Virus record (IMG/VR): IMGVR_UViG_3300011226_000001 | Span: 128,001-192,000 of that record | Reading direction: 5' to 3' (one strand) | Source of the DNA: a virus | Lineage: Duplodnaviria; Caudoviricetes | DNA: 64,000 bases | Shown here: positions 56,162 to 64,000 of the stretch, one piece after another | Position numbering within the stretch: position 1 is the first letter of the stretch | Layout of the letters: every line of letters begins with the position of its first letter | The notes under the pieces: model-generated | The model's database searches: none | What the model was told of the DNA's origin: nothing | Seen by the model: only the letters and a program-made list of their open reading frames with translations | Position numbers and translations under genes: made by a program

Positions 56162-57838
56162 ATGCCCGTTAACTCAACGCATTCCTCTGCTGGTGTTTAT
56201 ACTGGTGTACGGGATCTCTCCGTTGGTGCAACGTCTTTATCTACGGCAGTAGTAGGCATTGTTGGTCAGGCTCGTCGCGGTCCTGTAAACCAGCGTGTTG
56301 ATGTGCGTAATAAAGATGATTTGAAAAACATCTTCGGTGCAAAAGATCCTAAGTATGGCCTCGGCCTGTATCTCGCGCTGCCTGTTGCGAAACAGACTAA
56401 CCAGCTCAAGTTCGTCCGTATCACTAAGAACGCAAAATACGCGGTCGGTGTGGTTACTGTTGATGACGCGACTGCTGTTCAGCCTGTAGTGCGTATTACC
56501 CCTTACACTGATGAAGATGGTAACATCGTCGGTGTTGATTCTCCTGATCAGCTGGGATTCCTGCCTACTGATCCGTTGAACGATAACATCATCGGTTACG
56601 TTATTCTGGAAAACCCAGGCGACTGGAACAACCAGATGGCGTTGCAGATTCGTCCGGCCTGTCCTAAGGGTCTTGACCCATTCGACGACCGTAAGTCATA
56701 TAACACGAAACTGTTTTATATCGACGAGTACGAGAACTATCAGAACGGCAGCAGCCCGGTAAACTCTTACCAGTGCAGCCTGTACGATTATGCGGATGAG
56801 TTCGACCGCCAATATCGTATTGACTATGCGATGGAGAACGAAAGCTCAAACTTCCGCTTCATTCGCAACCCGTACTTCACTACCGATATCGACTTCTTCA
56901 CCACTGACTTCATCTTCTTCCAAGGTGGTGCTGATGGTGACACCTGTACTTCTGATGACTTTGCGAAAGCATATCAGGAATACTTCGGTGACCCAGAAGA
57001 AGTTCGCGTGACGCTGCTGATTAGTCCTACTCAGGATTACATCATCCACCGTGGCATGAAAGCCGCTGCTGCTGCGCACGTTAACTGTTTCGTTATCTGT
57101 GGTGTCCCGTCGTCTGAACAGTCTGTGTCTAAAGCGATTCGCTATCGCCGTCAGACGCTGAACGTTAACGACACCAACATGGCTCTGTATACGCCTGATA
57201 TCAAGATCTTCGACGAAGACACTGGCCGCTATCTGTGGACTGCGTGTGTAGGTCAGATCTGTGCTGTGTTCGCGTACACGGATAACAACCGTGGTAGCTG
57301 GTTCGCACCTGCTGGTATCACCGCTTCTGCGCCTCTCGACTTCTTGGAAATTGCTCAGAAGTACGATCAGGACGACCGTGATGCGATGACGCGTGAACAA
57401 GTGAACTACATTCGCAAACTGCCTAGCATCATGGGTGGTGGTTACGCTGTGTGGGAAGCGAGCACCCAGTACAATCAGAACTCTGCTTTCCAGCAGATTC
57501 AGATTCAGCGTATGGTGGGCTACGTGCTTGAAGTCTGTCAGCGCACCTGCCGAGTTGGCCTGTTTGACCCGAACGATAGCATCCTGCGTGGCTATCTGAA
57601 AGGCATCGTCGAGAAGTTCCTCGAAGAAATCAAACTGGCGCGTGGTCTGCGTAGCGGTAGCTCCGGCTCTCAGGGTTATCAGGTTGTTTGTGACGAGAAC
57701 AACAACACCAACCAGACAATCGCTAATGGCGATCTGATTCTGGATATCGTGTTGGACCCGACGCGTACTACGAAGCGTCTGATCTATCGTTTCAACATCA
57801 ACCCGACAGGCAGTACCTCCACAACTCTGAGTCAGTAA
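56162..57838 (+). CDS. Contractile tail sheath protein
   Basis: AGVYT..RDLS, GIVGQARRGP, WFAPAG, LFDPND, VVCDENNN; AAGGAG SD before ATG 56162. Confidence 0.88.
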   Translation: MPVNSTHSSAGVYTGVRDLSVGATSLSTAVVGIVGQARRGPVNQRVDVRNKDDLKNIFGAKDPKYGLGLYLALPVAKQTNQLKFVRITKNAKYAVGVVTVDDATAVQPVVRITPYTDEDGNIVGVDSPDQLGFLPTDPLNDNIIGYVILENPGDWNNQMALQIRPACPKGLDPFDDRKSYNTKLFYIDEYENYQNGSSPVNSYQCSLYDYADEFDRQYRIDYAMENESSNFRFIRNPYFTTDIDFFTTDFIFFQGGADGDTCTSDDFAKAYQEYFGDPEEVRVTLLISPTQDYIIHRGMKAAAAAHVNCFVICGVPSSEQSVSKAIRYRRQTLNVNDTNMALYTPDIKIFDEDTGRYLWTACVGQICAVFAYTDNNRGSWFAPAGITASAPLDFLEIAQKYDQDDRDAMTREQVNYIRKLPSIMGGGYAVWEASTQYNQNSAFQQIQIQRMVGYVLEVCQRTCRVGLFDPNDSILRGYLKGIVEKFLEEIKLARGLRSGSSGSQGYQVVCDENNNTNQTIANGDLILDIVLDPTRTTKRLIYRFNINPTGSTSTTLSQ

Positions 57839-57843
57839 TCAAT

Positions 57844-57870
57844 GGGGAGGGCTTCGGTCCTCCTCTTTTT
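57844..57870 (+). terminator. Intrinsic terminator
   Basis: GGGGAGGGC-TTCG-GTCCTCCTC TTTTT. Confidence 0.75.
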
Positions 57871-57885
57871 GTATTGTGAGGTTCT

Positions 57886-58581
57886 ATGCTTACTTTGACC
57901 ATTCAAGGTAACTTGGAATACTGCTTCTCGCTGCGTAATAAACAACTGCGCTTCTTAGTCGCAATGGACAATCCGCCTCTGCGCGGTACGCTTCAGATTG
58001 AGAATGCAGCGGGTGCGGTGCTCAAGACACTTGATATGCCGACTACTGGTACCAGCGCGTACTTCGACTTCACTCTGCCTTTCGATACAGGCGAGCATGA
58101 CATTGTTGCTAAGGCATATAACGTCAGCACAACGCTTAACGCAACGTCGAACAAGGTACGTGTGTCTGTGCCATTCAGCGGTGAGTACGGTCCTCGTTTC
58201 GGCGTACATGATAAAGTGTTGTCGATTCAAGACTACAACGACACCTTCTTCCGTTCTCTGACTACTGCTCTAGGTGAGTCGAGTCCTCAGCTAATCACTT
58301 GTCCTCCAAACGAATCTACTTCTGACAACAACCGCTTCTTCTACGTAGCGTGGCCTAAGCGTTTGCTCTATGGATATTTCCAAGAGACAGTGCAAGGCTT
58401 CTCCGGTTCGTGGGATGGCGCTATGGAGTTTAACGACTTCAATTTCCAGGGTGCAGCAGAAGTTAGTCTAGGTGGCTTTGATTATGTTGTCTATCGCAAT
58501 GACTTCCCGTTCGATAGTCTCGACTACGTGTTCCGTATTAAATACGGCTCGACCAGTCCTAAGTCAGGCGACCCTGTATAA
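57886..58581 (+). CDS. Virion protein: Ig-like domain plus C-terminal domain shared with the 1336-aa protein
   Basis: FFYVAWPK…VQGFSGSWDGA…YRNDFPFD near-identical to the C-terminus of 59894..63904. Confidence 0.75.
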   Translation: MLTLTIQGNLEYCFSLRNKQLRFLVAMDNPPLRGTLQIENAAGAVLKTLDMPTTGTSAYFDFTLPFDTGEHDIVAKAYNVSTTLNATSNKVRVSVPFSGEYGPRFGVHDKVLSIQDYNDTFFRSLTTALGESSPQLITCPPNESTSDNNRFFYVAWPKRLLYGYFQETVQGFSGSWDGAMEFNDFNFQGAAEVSLGGFDYVVYRNDFPFDSLDYVFRIKYGSTSPKSGDPV

Positions 58582-58615
58582 TTTTAATCACCGCTTCTGG
58601 TAAACGGAGAACACA

Positions 58616-59254
58616 ATGGAACTGAAACTTGAACAGTTCATCAGTAACGTTGAGTTGCTTACGAATATCCACCAGCAGAACAAAAACCCAATCATGTTCC
58701 GTCTCCCCAAAGATGGTTCGCAGTTAGGTCTGTTGTTCTACTGCTCGTATGCAGTTCCGCGTTTTGTAGTCCTTCCGGTCAATGCGATCTGGATTGACTA
58801 TGACCCTGAGTCGCCTACTTTCCGCACAGCGTTCAAGCGCACGACGAAAGATCAGGCTGACCCGTACAAAGACGTTTGGACTGCGCTGTACTTCTATGAC
58901 GATGCTATGGAAGAACAAGCGTATGACCCGAACGATCTGCAAATCATCAACCGTGCGCTGCCTCCTCTGGCAACTGCAATCACTCGCGGTATAGGTTATC
59001 TGTCTTATCCAGAAGCTGAGTCACGCGCTGTGATGGAAGGCGATGAAACGCTGACGAACAACCGTGATCCAAAAGACCACACTCACGCTGAGAAGCCTGC
59101 TACTATGATCTCTATCAACGGTAGCTTCGGTGAAGAACATGTGCCTATCAAAGACCAGCTGGTTCCTGCTGTGAATCAGGTAATGGTGCTTGAAGATAAT
59201 ACGCTTCAATGGCGTAAGGTGCGTGAATCTGAACTCGGCCAACCTGCTGATTAA
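58616..59254 (+). CDS. Tail-fibre-associated protein
   Basis: LPVNAIWID, ATAITRGIGYL, NRDPKDHTH; paralogous to the next two genes. Confidence 0.65.
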   Translation: MELKLEQFISNVELLTNIHQQNKNPIMFRLPKDGSQLGLLFYCSYAVPRFVVLPVNAIWIDYDPESPTFRTAFKRTTKDQADPYKDVWTALYFYDDAMEEQAYDPNDLQIINRALPPLATAITRGIGYLSYPEAESRAVMEGDETLTNNRDPKDHTHAEKPATMISINGSFGEEHVPIKDQLVPAVNQVMVLEDNTLQWRKVRESELGQPAD

Positions 59255-59264
59255 CGGAGCGGTT

Positions 59265-59897
59265 ATGACTACACTGAATGAAATCGCTGCTGCTCTGTTG
59301 GCTGTTACGGGATTCATGGACGACACGTCGAAAGACCAAATCGTTCGTCAGATTAACCCGACACTCAACATCAGTTGTACGTTCATCACTGCATCAGCAG
59401 AACCTGTTGGTGTTGTATTACCGATGAACGTCGTGTGGCTTTGCATGGAAGTGAACAGCGTGTTCTATCGCAAGTTCCTTGCACGTAAGTCTAAAACTCC
59501 TGCTGGTGGTTATCAGAATACGTGGGAAGAAGTGAAGAACTTCAACTCGCTCTGGGCGCCTCAGTATTACGATCCGTCTGATATCAGTGGTGGTGACGAT
59601 ATTCCTAACGCGTCTGTTGACACGTATGGTATCGCGCGCCTGACTACTGAGCCTGCTACTGTCGGTCGTCCTACGTTCGTGTCTGTATCTGACCCACGTA
59701 ACACTGACAAGCGTACACCGCTGCCTCACGATGAAATGCACGCCGAGAAGCCTTTGGTCGAAGTGAAGACTGTGCAGGACAAAGTGAATATGGACGCAGA
59801 CGTAGGCGACAATGGTTCTACCTTCATTGCCGACACGTCAGTGAAAGCGTCTTACGGCCATCTGATTGCGACCGACATTCTGGAGAATAATGAATGA
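59265..59897 (+). CDS. Tail-fibre-associated protein
   Basis: GGAG SD; LPMNVVWL, ASVDTYGIARL, DPRNTDKRTPLPH. Confidence 0.65.
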   Translation: MTTLNEIAAALLAVTGFMDDTSKDQIVRQINPTLNISCTFITASAEPVGVVLPMNVVWLCMEVNSVFYRKFLARKSKTPAGGYQNTWEEVKNFNSLWAPQYYDPSDISGGDDIPNASVDTYGIARLTTEPATVGRPTFVSVSDPRNTDKRTPLPHDEMHAEKPLVEVKTVQDKVNMDADVGDNGSTFIADTSVKASYGHLIATDILENNE

Positions 59898-62800
59898 GCG
59901 TAACCACGATCGACGGCTTTGCTAAACAGTATATCGCTCTGGCTCGTACTCGCGGTCTGACGCCACGTAACCCAATCACTTTCTTGTTCCGCCCTAATGC
60001 GAACGATCAGACGGAAGTGCATCAGGTTGTTGTGTCTCTGACTGAGCCATCGTTTTCTGAAAAGCCGTACAACCTGATTTGGATTGACGCAAACACTGGT
60101 AGCCCTCAGTATCAGTATGTGCTGCGTCGTACCTCTGCTGTATCTGACGGCAACCACCGTGGTTCATGGGTAACCGTGAATGACTACGCGCAGTTGTTTG
60201 CACAGAAGCAGTTCTTCCGTCGCGTTGTAGAAAACGCATCTGATCTGGGTATCGAAGTAGGTGATCTGGAAATCGCACACGCGACCACCAGCCGTCTGGG
60301 TAGCATCGTTACTAAGACCGAACCTACTGACCCTACGATGCCAATCGCAGTGTCAAGCTCTGACCCACGCATGAGCGATGCGCGTTATCCGACTAATCAC
60401 GATCACCCTGATTATGCGCGTACCATGATTCGCCTGAACTCCACGGCATTCGTTGAAGTCGCAAGCTCTAACGAACCGCAGCCTGGGTATGTTCTGGCGA
60501 TTGTCGATCAAGACCCTGTTAACCCGAACAAGTATATTGGCAAGTGGGTGAAAGCTACTGCTGATAACGTCGAGTGGGAATCTCCTCACTTGCTTAACTT
60601 GCGTATCAGCCTGCCGGGCAATGCAAGCTACATGTCGGACAACAGTAGCGTCAAGCTGAACATCGACGCTGAATGGTCTAACAGCATTGAGCACAACCCT
60701 ACTGGCATTGAGTGGTCCATCGAAGAGAACGTTATCGGTGTGACTATCGCGCAAGACGGTACTGTGACTGCGCCTGACCTAGCTGCTGACGTTGTGCTAA
60801 AAGTCACTGCACGTAAGCGCGACCCTGTTTATGGCAACTGGGTGTCTGCTACCTACGACCTGCTGATTAAGAACGCATTCATCCCTGACGACGAGCTGGT
60901 GTCTATCTCTATCGTTGGTGCTGACTCGCTGTTCTATAAGCAGAAAGAGACCTACACCGTGACTGCTCGCTACAAGTCTGGTGCTGTTGCAACTGTCATG
61001 CCGTCGAACTTCACGGTAGATAAGACGGAAGCTATGTCTCTTGTTGGTCTGCAAGGCACTGCGAAGAAAGTCTCTACAGATACAGTGGCCAAACTGACTG
61101 CGACCTATCAGTACAACGGCCTGACCTTTAGCGCGACGAAGAACGTCACTGTTAAGGCTCAGATGATCACGCTGCTCGAAGTGATGGGTTCTGCTACCAT
61201 CGCATCTCAGGCAAGTGCTGCCTACACGTTTAAAATCACGTGGTCTAACGGCGACACTGAAATGATTACGCCGAACTCTTTCACTGCTGCACCTACTACG
61301 TACACCACTATCAGTGGCAACGTGGTGACTGCGAAGAAAGAGACAACTCAGGACCGCACTGTTGTCCTGACTGCGACGTACATCACTGCTGATCAGACAG
61401 TCTCTGGCAACAAGACCGTTACTATCCTGAAAGAAGACGTTGCGATAACGCTGACCTCTCTTGCTATTCAGGGTGCTAACACAATCCGCAGTGAAGAAAG
61501 CGCGAACTATACGTTCCTTGCTACGTACTCTGACGATCACACCAAACTGGTAGACCCGACTACGTTCACCGCAGACCGTCTCGATATCGTTACTATCGTG
61601 AACAAGACTGTCAACGCAGGTAAAGTGTCTTCTGACATTCCTGTGAAACTGTCTGCCTCGTACACGGAGGACGGCATCACGAAGACTGCAACTCTTGATA
61701 TTCTTATCATGAATGTTGTGCCTGTAGTTGACCTGTCGAGCATCAAGATCGTCGGTCCGTCGTCTGTTCAAGAGAAGACCACTACGCCTTATACCGTACT
61801 GGCCACTTACTCTGACGGACACACTGCAACGATTAGTCCGAACGAGTTCCGTTTGCAGGCTACTTCGCAGTACGCTACGTTCAGCAACTCTGAGTTGGTT
61901 GTTGGCGCTGTACCTATCGCTAACACCAGCGTAACGCTGTACGCGTCGTACACTGAAAACGGTATCACGAAGACTGCAACTCTGCCTGTGTCTATTGTTG
62001 GCAACCCACCTACTGTGACCTCTCTGGAGATTCGTGGTCAAGACTCGATGAACGAGAACACCACTACGACGTTCACTGCGTGGGAAATTCTCTCTGACGG
62101 TACTGATCGTCAGGTAGCTTCACCGACGTGGTCTGTGATTCAGGGTAGCGCTGTTGCAAGCATCGCGCAAACTGGTGTGCTGTCTGCTGGTGAAGTAACT
62201 CAGGACACGACTGTTCTGATTCGTGCGACTTACGATGGGCGTAACGCTCAGAAGTCTGTACTGGTCAAGAACATCATCGTTATCACTCTGCTGTCCGTTC
62301 AGCCGCTGGCCCCATCGCCTGTGTTTGACTTCGGTACTGCTGTTGGTGTGACGCGTGACCTGCACAGCACCCTGACGTTCTCTGACTCTACTACTCGTGA
62401 GGGTACTAGCGGTGAACTGTCCTACACGCTGTCAACTGCTGCTCAAGAATACTTTGAGATTGTTGCTGGAGGCACGACCGGCTGGCGCATTCGCACCAAG
62501 AAAGCACTCAGCGGTTTCTTCGGCACTCTGACGTTCCAACTCAACGTAGTTGCAACTGTCGGTACTGTATCGAAGACAGGCAACGTCCAGTTCACTGTTG
62601 TCGGTCCTACTGACGATGTGAGCACCGTTGAAATCATCGGTCCAGACTCTATCACTGAGGGTACTGTATCTGGTGATTACCTCGTTCGTGTTACTCGCCT
62701 GTCTGGCGCAACGAATGAGTATGCTTCTCTGCCAACGTGGTCACTACCTCAAGGCGCTGCGTATGCAACTATGTCTGTCGGTTCTACTTCAACTCGCGTG

Positions 62801-63904
62801 AAGCTGACCGTACCTGCTAACTCGATTAGCCAGAACCAGACTGCTACGCTTCGTGCCGCTAACGTGACTGTTGACGGTAAGACGTATGCACCTGAGAAAG
62901 TGATTCAGCTTATCAATCAGGCAGCAACGATCACTAAGCGCGAGCTGATTGGTCCTACTGCTGTGAACAAAGGTGAGACTGGTACGTACATTCTTCGCCT
63001 GACGTTCTCTGATAACACGACTGTCGATCTGACGCCTGTTATTACGCGTAGCTCTGGTTCTACTACAGGCTTCACGTTCCCGGGCAACAACACGATTGTC
63101 GGTAACACGGTAAGCACGACGCAGACAGCAATCATCACTGGTACTGCATCGTATAACAGTCAATCGCAGACTGCGAACCTGACTGTGACGAACACGCCAG
63201 CCCCACCGACGCCTGACTCTGTGACTATCACTGGTCCTGCTTCAATCATCGGCGGTGTGACTACTGCGTACACTGCGACTGCTACGCTGTCTGACGGCAC
63301 TACGCCTGATGTGACTGCTGATAGCGGTACAACGTGGTCGGTAGCTGTGAAGTCCGGCACTGCAACAGGCCTGAGCGTTGCTGGTGGCTCGTTGAAGTCT
63401 AACGCTGTTACTGCTGACGCTGTAGTGACCATCACCGTTAGTTACGTTAAGAACGGTAAGACGGTTACTGCGACGAAAGACGTTACGCTCAAGCCGCAAC
63501 AGTCCTCTGACTTGGGTGCTCGCTTCGGCTATCACTCTAAGATCAAGTCCACCAGCGGTTATGATGCGCAGTTCGTACAGGGTCTGCAAACCGCTCTGAC
63601 TACGACTGGTCAGCAACTCCTGAACTGTCCGGGAAATACCAGTACAAGTTCGAACAACGTGTTCTTCTACGTTGCGTGGCCGAAGTCTCTGGGCTATGGT
63701 TACTTCGTCGAATCTGTGCAGGGCTTTGCTGGTTCATGGGATGGTGCGTTGGAGTTCGATGACTTCAACTTTGCTGGTCCTGCCGAAGTAACTATCAACG
63801 GTGTTGATTACGTTATCTATCGTAACGACTTCCCGTTTGATGGTCTGGCGTATACGTTCAAACTGACCTACGGTTCATCTAATCCAGGTTCAGGTATCGC
63901 GTAA
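59894..63904 (+). CDS. Large fibre/adhesin-like virion protein with tandem Ig-like repeats
   Basis: 1336 aa; Thr/Val-rich ~90-aa repeats (I.G..S…YT..ATYSDG…SYTE.GITKTATL); fibre-type N-terminus. Confidence 0.8.
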   Translation: MSVTTIDGFAKQYIALARTRGLTPRNPITFLFRPNANDQTEVHQVVVSLTEPSFSEKPYNLIWIDANTGSPQYQYVLRRTSAVSDGNHRGSWVTVNDYAQLFAQKQFFRRVVENASDLGIEVGDLEIAHATTSRLGSIVTKTEPTDPTMPIAVSSSDPRMSDARYPTNHDHPDYARTMIRLNSTAFVEVASSNEPQPGYVLAIVDQDPVNPNKYIGKWVKATADNVEWESPHLLNLRISLPGNASYMSDNSSVKLNIDAEWSNSIEHNPTGIEWSIEENVIGVTIAQDGTVTAPDLAADVVLKVTARKRDPVYGNWVSATYDLLIKNAFIPDDELVSISIVGADSLFYKQKETYTVTARYKSGAVATVMPSNFTVDKTEAMSLVGLQGTAKKVSTDTVAKLTATYQYNGLTFSATKNVTVKAQMITLLEVMGSATIASQASAAYTFKITWSNGDTEMITPNSFTAAPTTYTTISGNVVTAKKETTQDRTVVLTATYITADQTVSGNKTVTILKEDVAITLTSLAIQGANTIRSEESANYTFLATYSDDHTKLVDPTTFTADRLDIVTIVNKTVNAGKVSSDIPVKLSASYTEDGITKTATLDILIMNVVPVVDLSSIKIVGPSSVQEKTTTPYTVLATYSDGHTATISPNEFRLQATSQYATFSNSELVVGAVPIANTSVTLYASYTENGITKTATLPVSIVGNPPTVTSLEIRGQDSMNENTTTTFTAWEILSDGTDRQVASPTWSVIQGSAVASIAQTGVLSAGEVTQDTTVLIRATYDGRNAQKSVLVKNIIVITLLSVQPLAPSPVFDFGTAVGVTRDLHSTLTFSDSTTREGTSGELSYTLSTAAQEYFEIVAGGTTGWRIRTKKALSGFFGTLTFQLNVVATVGTVSKTGNVQFTVVGPTDDVSTVEIIGPDSITEGTVSGDYLVRVTRLSGATNEYASLPTWSLPQGAAYATMSVGSTSTRVKLTVPANSISQNQTATLRAANVTVDGKTYAPEKVIQLINQAATITKRELIGPTAVNKGETGTYILRLTFSDNTTVDLTPVITRSSGSTTGFTFPGNNTIVGNTVSTTQTAIITGTASYNSQSQTANLTVTNTPAPPTPDSVTITGPASIIGGVTTAYTATATLSDGTTPDVTADSGTTWSVAVKSGTATGLSVAGGSLKSNAVTADAVVTITVSYVKNGKTVTATKDVTLKPQQSSDLGARFGYHSKIKSTSGYDAQFVQGLQTALTTTGQQLLNCPGNTSTSSNNVFFYVAWPKSLGYGYFVESVQGFAGSWDGALEFDDFNFAGPAEVTINGVDYVIYRNDFPFDGLAYTFKLTYGSSNPGSGIA

Positions 63905-63914
63905 GGAGAATAAG

Positions 63915-64000
63915 ATGCCGGTTAACATGACTTCGTTCCTGTTGCCAGCATCCGCAGCACTCCCATACCTCCTTGAAGACAAATATCTTCGAGGGGGTAT
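63915..64000 (+). CDS. Probable tail/fibre protein, partial
   Basis: AAGGAG SD, MPVNMTSFLLPASAALPYLLEDKYLRGG, open to window end. Confidence 0.65.
   Translation, partial: MPVNMTSFLLPASAALPYLLEDKYLRGG

Noticed and set aside
58180-63900. Duplicated C-terminal domain as a DGR template/variable repeat
   Set aside because: Differences are mostly synonymous and not adenine-specific, both copies are coding, and no reverse transcriptase is in the window

Overview
64 kb of a large lytic myovirus (jumbo-phage-like) genome. It is gene-dense and almost entirely on the + strand, with no tRNA, CRISPR array or integrase visible. Replication/recombination genes: RuvC-like resolvase, DnaX-like clamp loader, SbcC/SbcD, a UDG-fused family A DNA polymerase split by a group I intron carrying an HNH-AP2 homing endonuclease, a beta-clamp-like protein and a UvsW-like helicase. 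Also present are nucleotide-processing enzymes (HAD, SLOG, DHH), cell-wall enzymes (GH108, DUF2778/Tlde1), a 1950-aa SNF2 ATPase, several lysine-rich proteins, a tail sheath and Ig-repeat fibre proteins. The gene set recalls the Erwinia/Dickeya 'hairy' jumbo myoviruses (from memory, unverified). Most notable observations: (1) about 12 mostly unrelated proteins share an N-terminal hydrophobic + S-x-S-[A/K/T] leader, a candidate capsid-targeting or protease-maturation signal; (2) the polA intron's guide sequence points to a 3' splice site after an A, not the canonical omega-G; (3) a second, minimal PolA-superfamily protein lies next to a structured non-coding region; (4) unexplained structured RNAs at about 9.45-9.78 kb and 12.15-12.27 kb; (5) two promoter-like motifs (CTGTAAATA and TAATTT) separate replication genes from virion genes; (6) a dispersed four-member paralog family has conserved ends and variable centres. 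All calls come from motif reading by eye; no database search was run.
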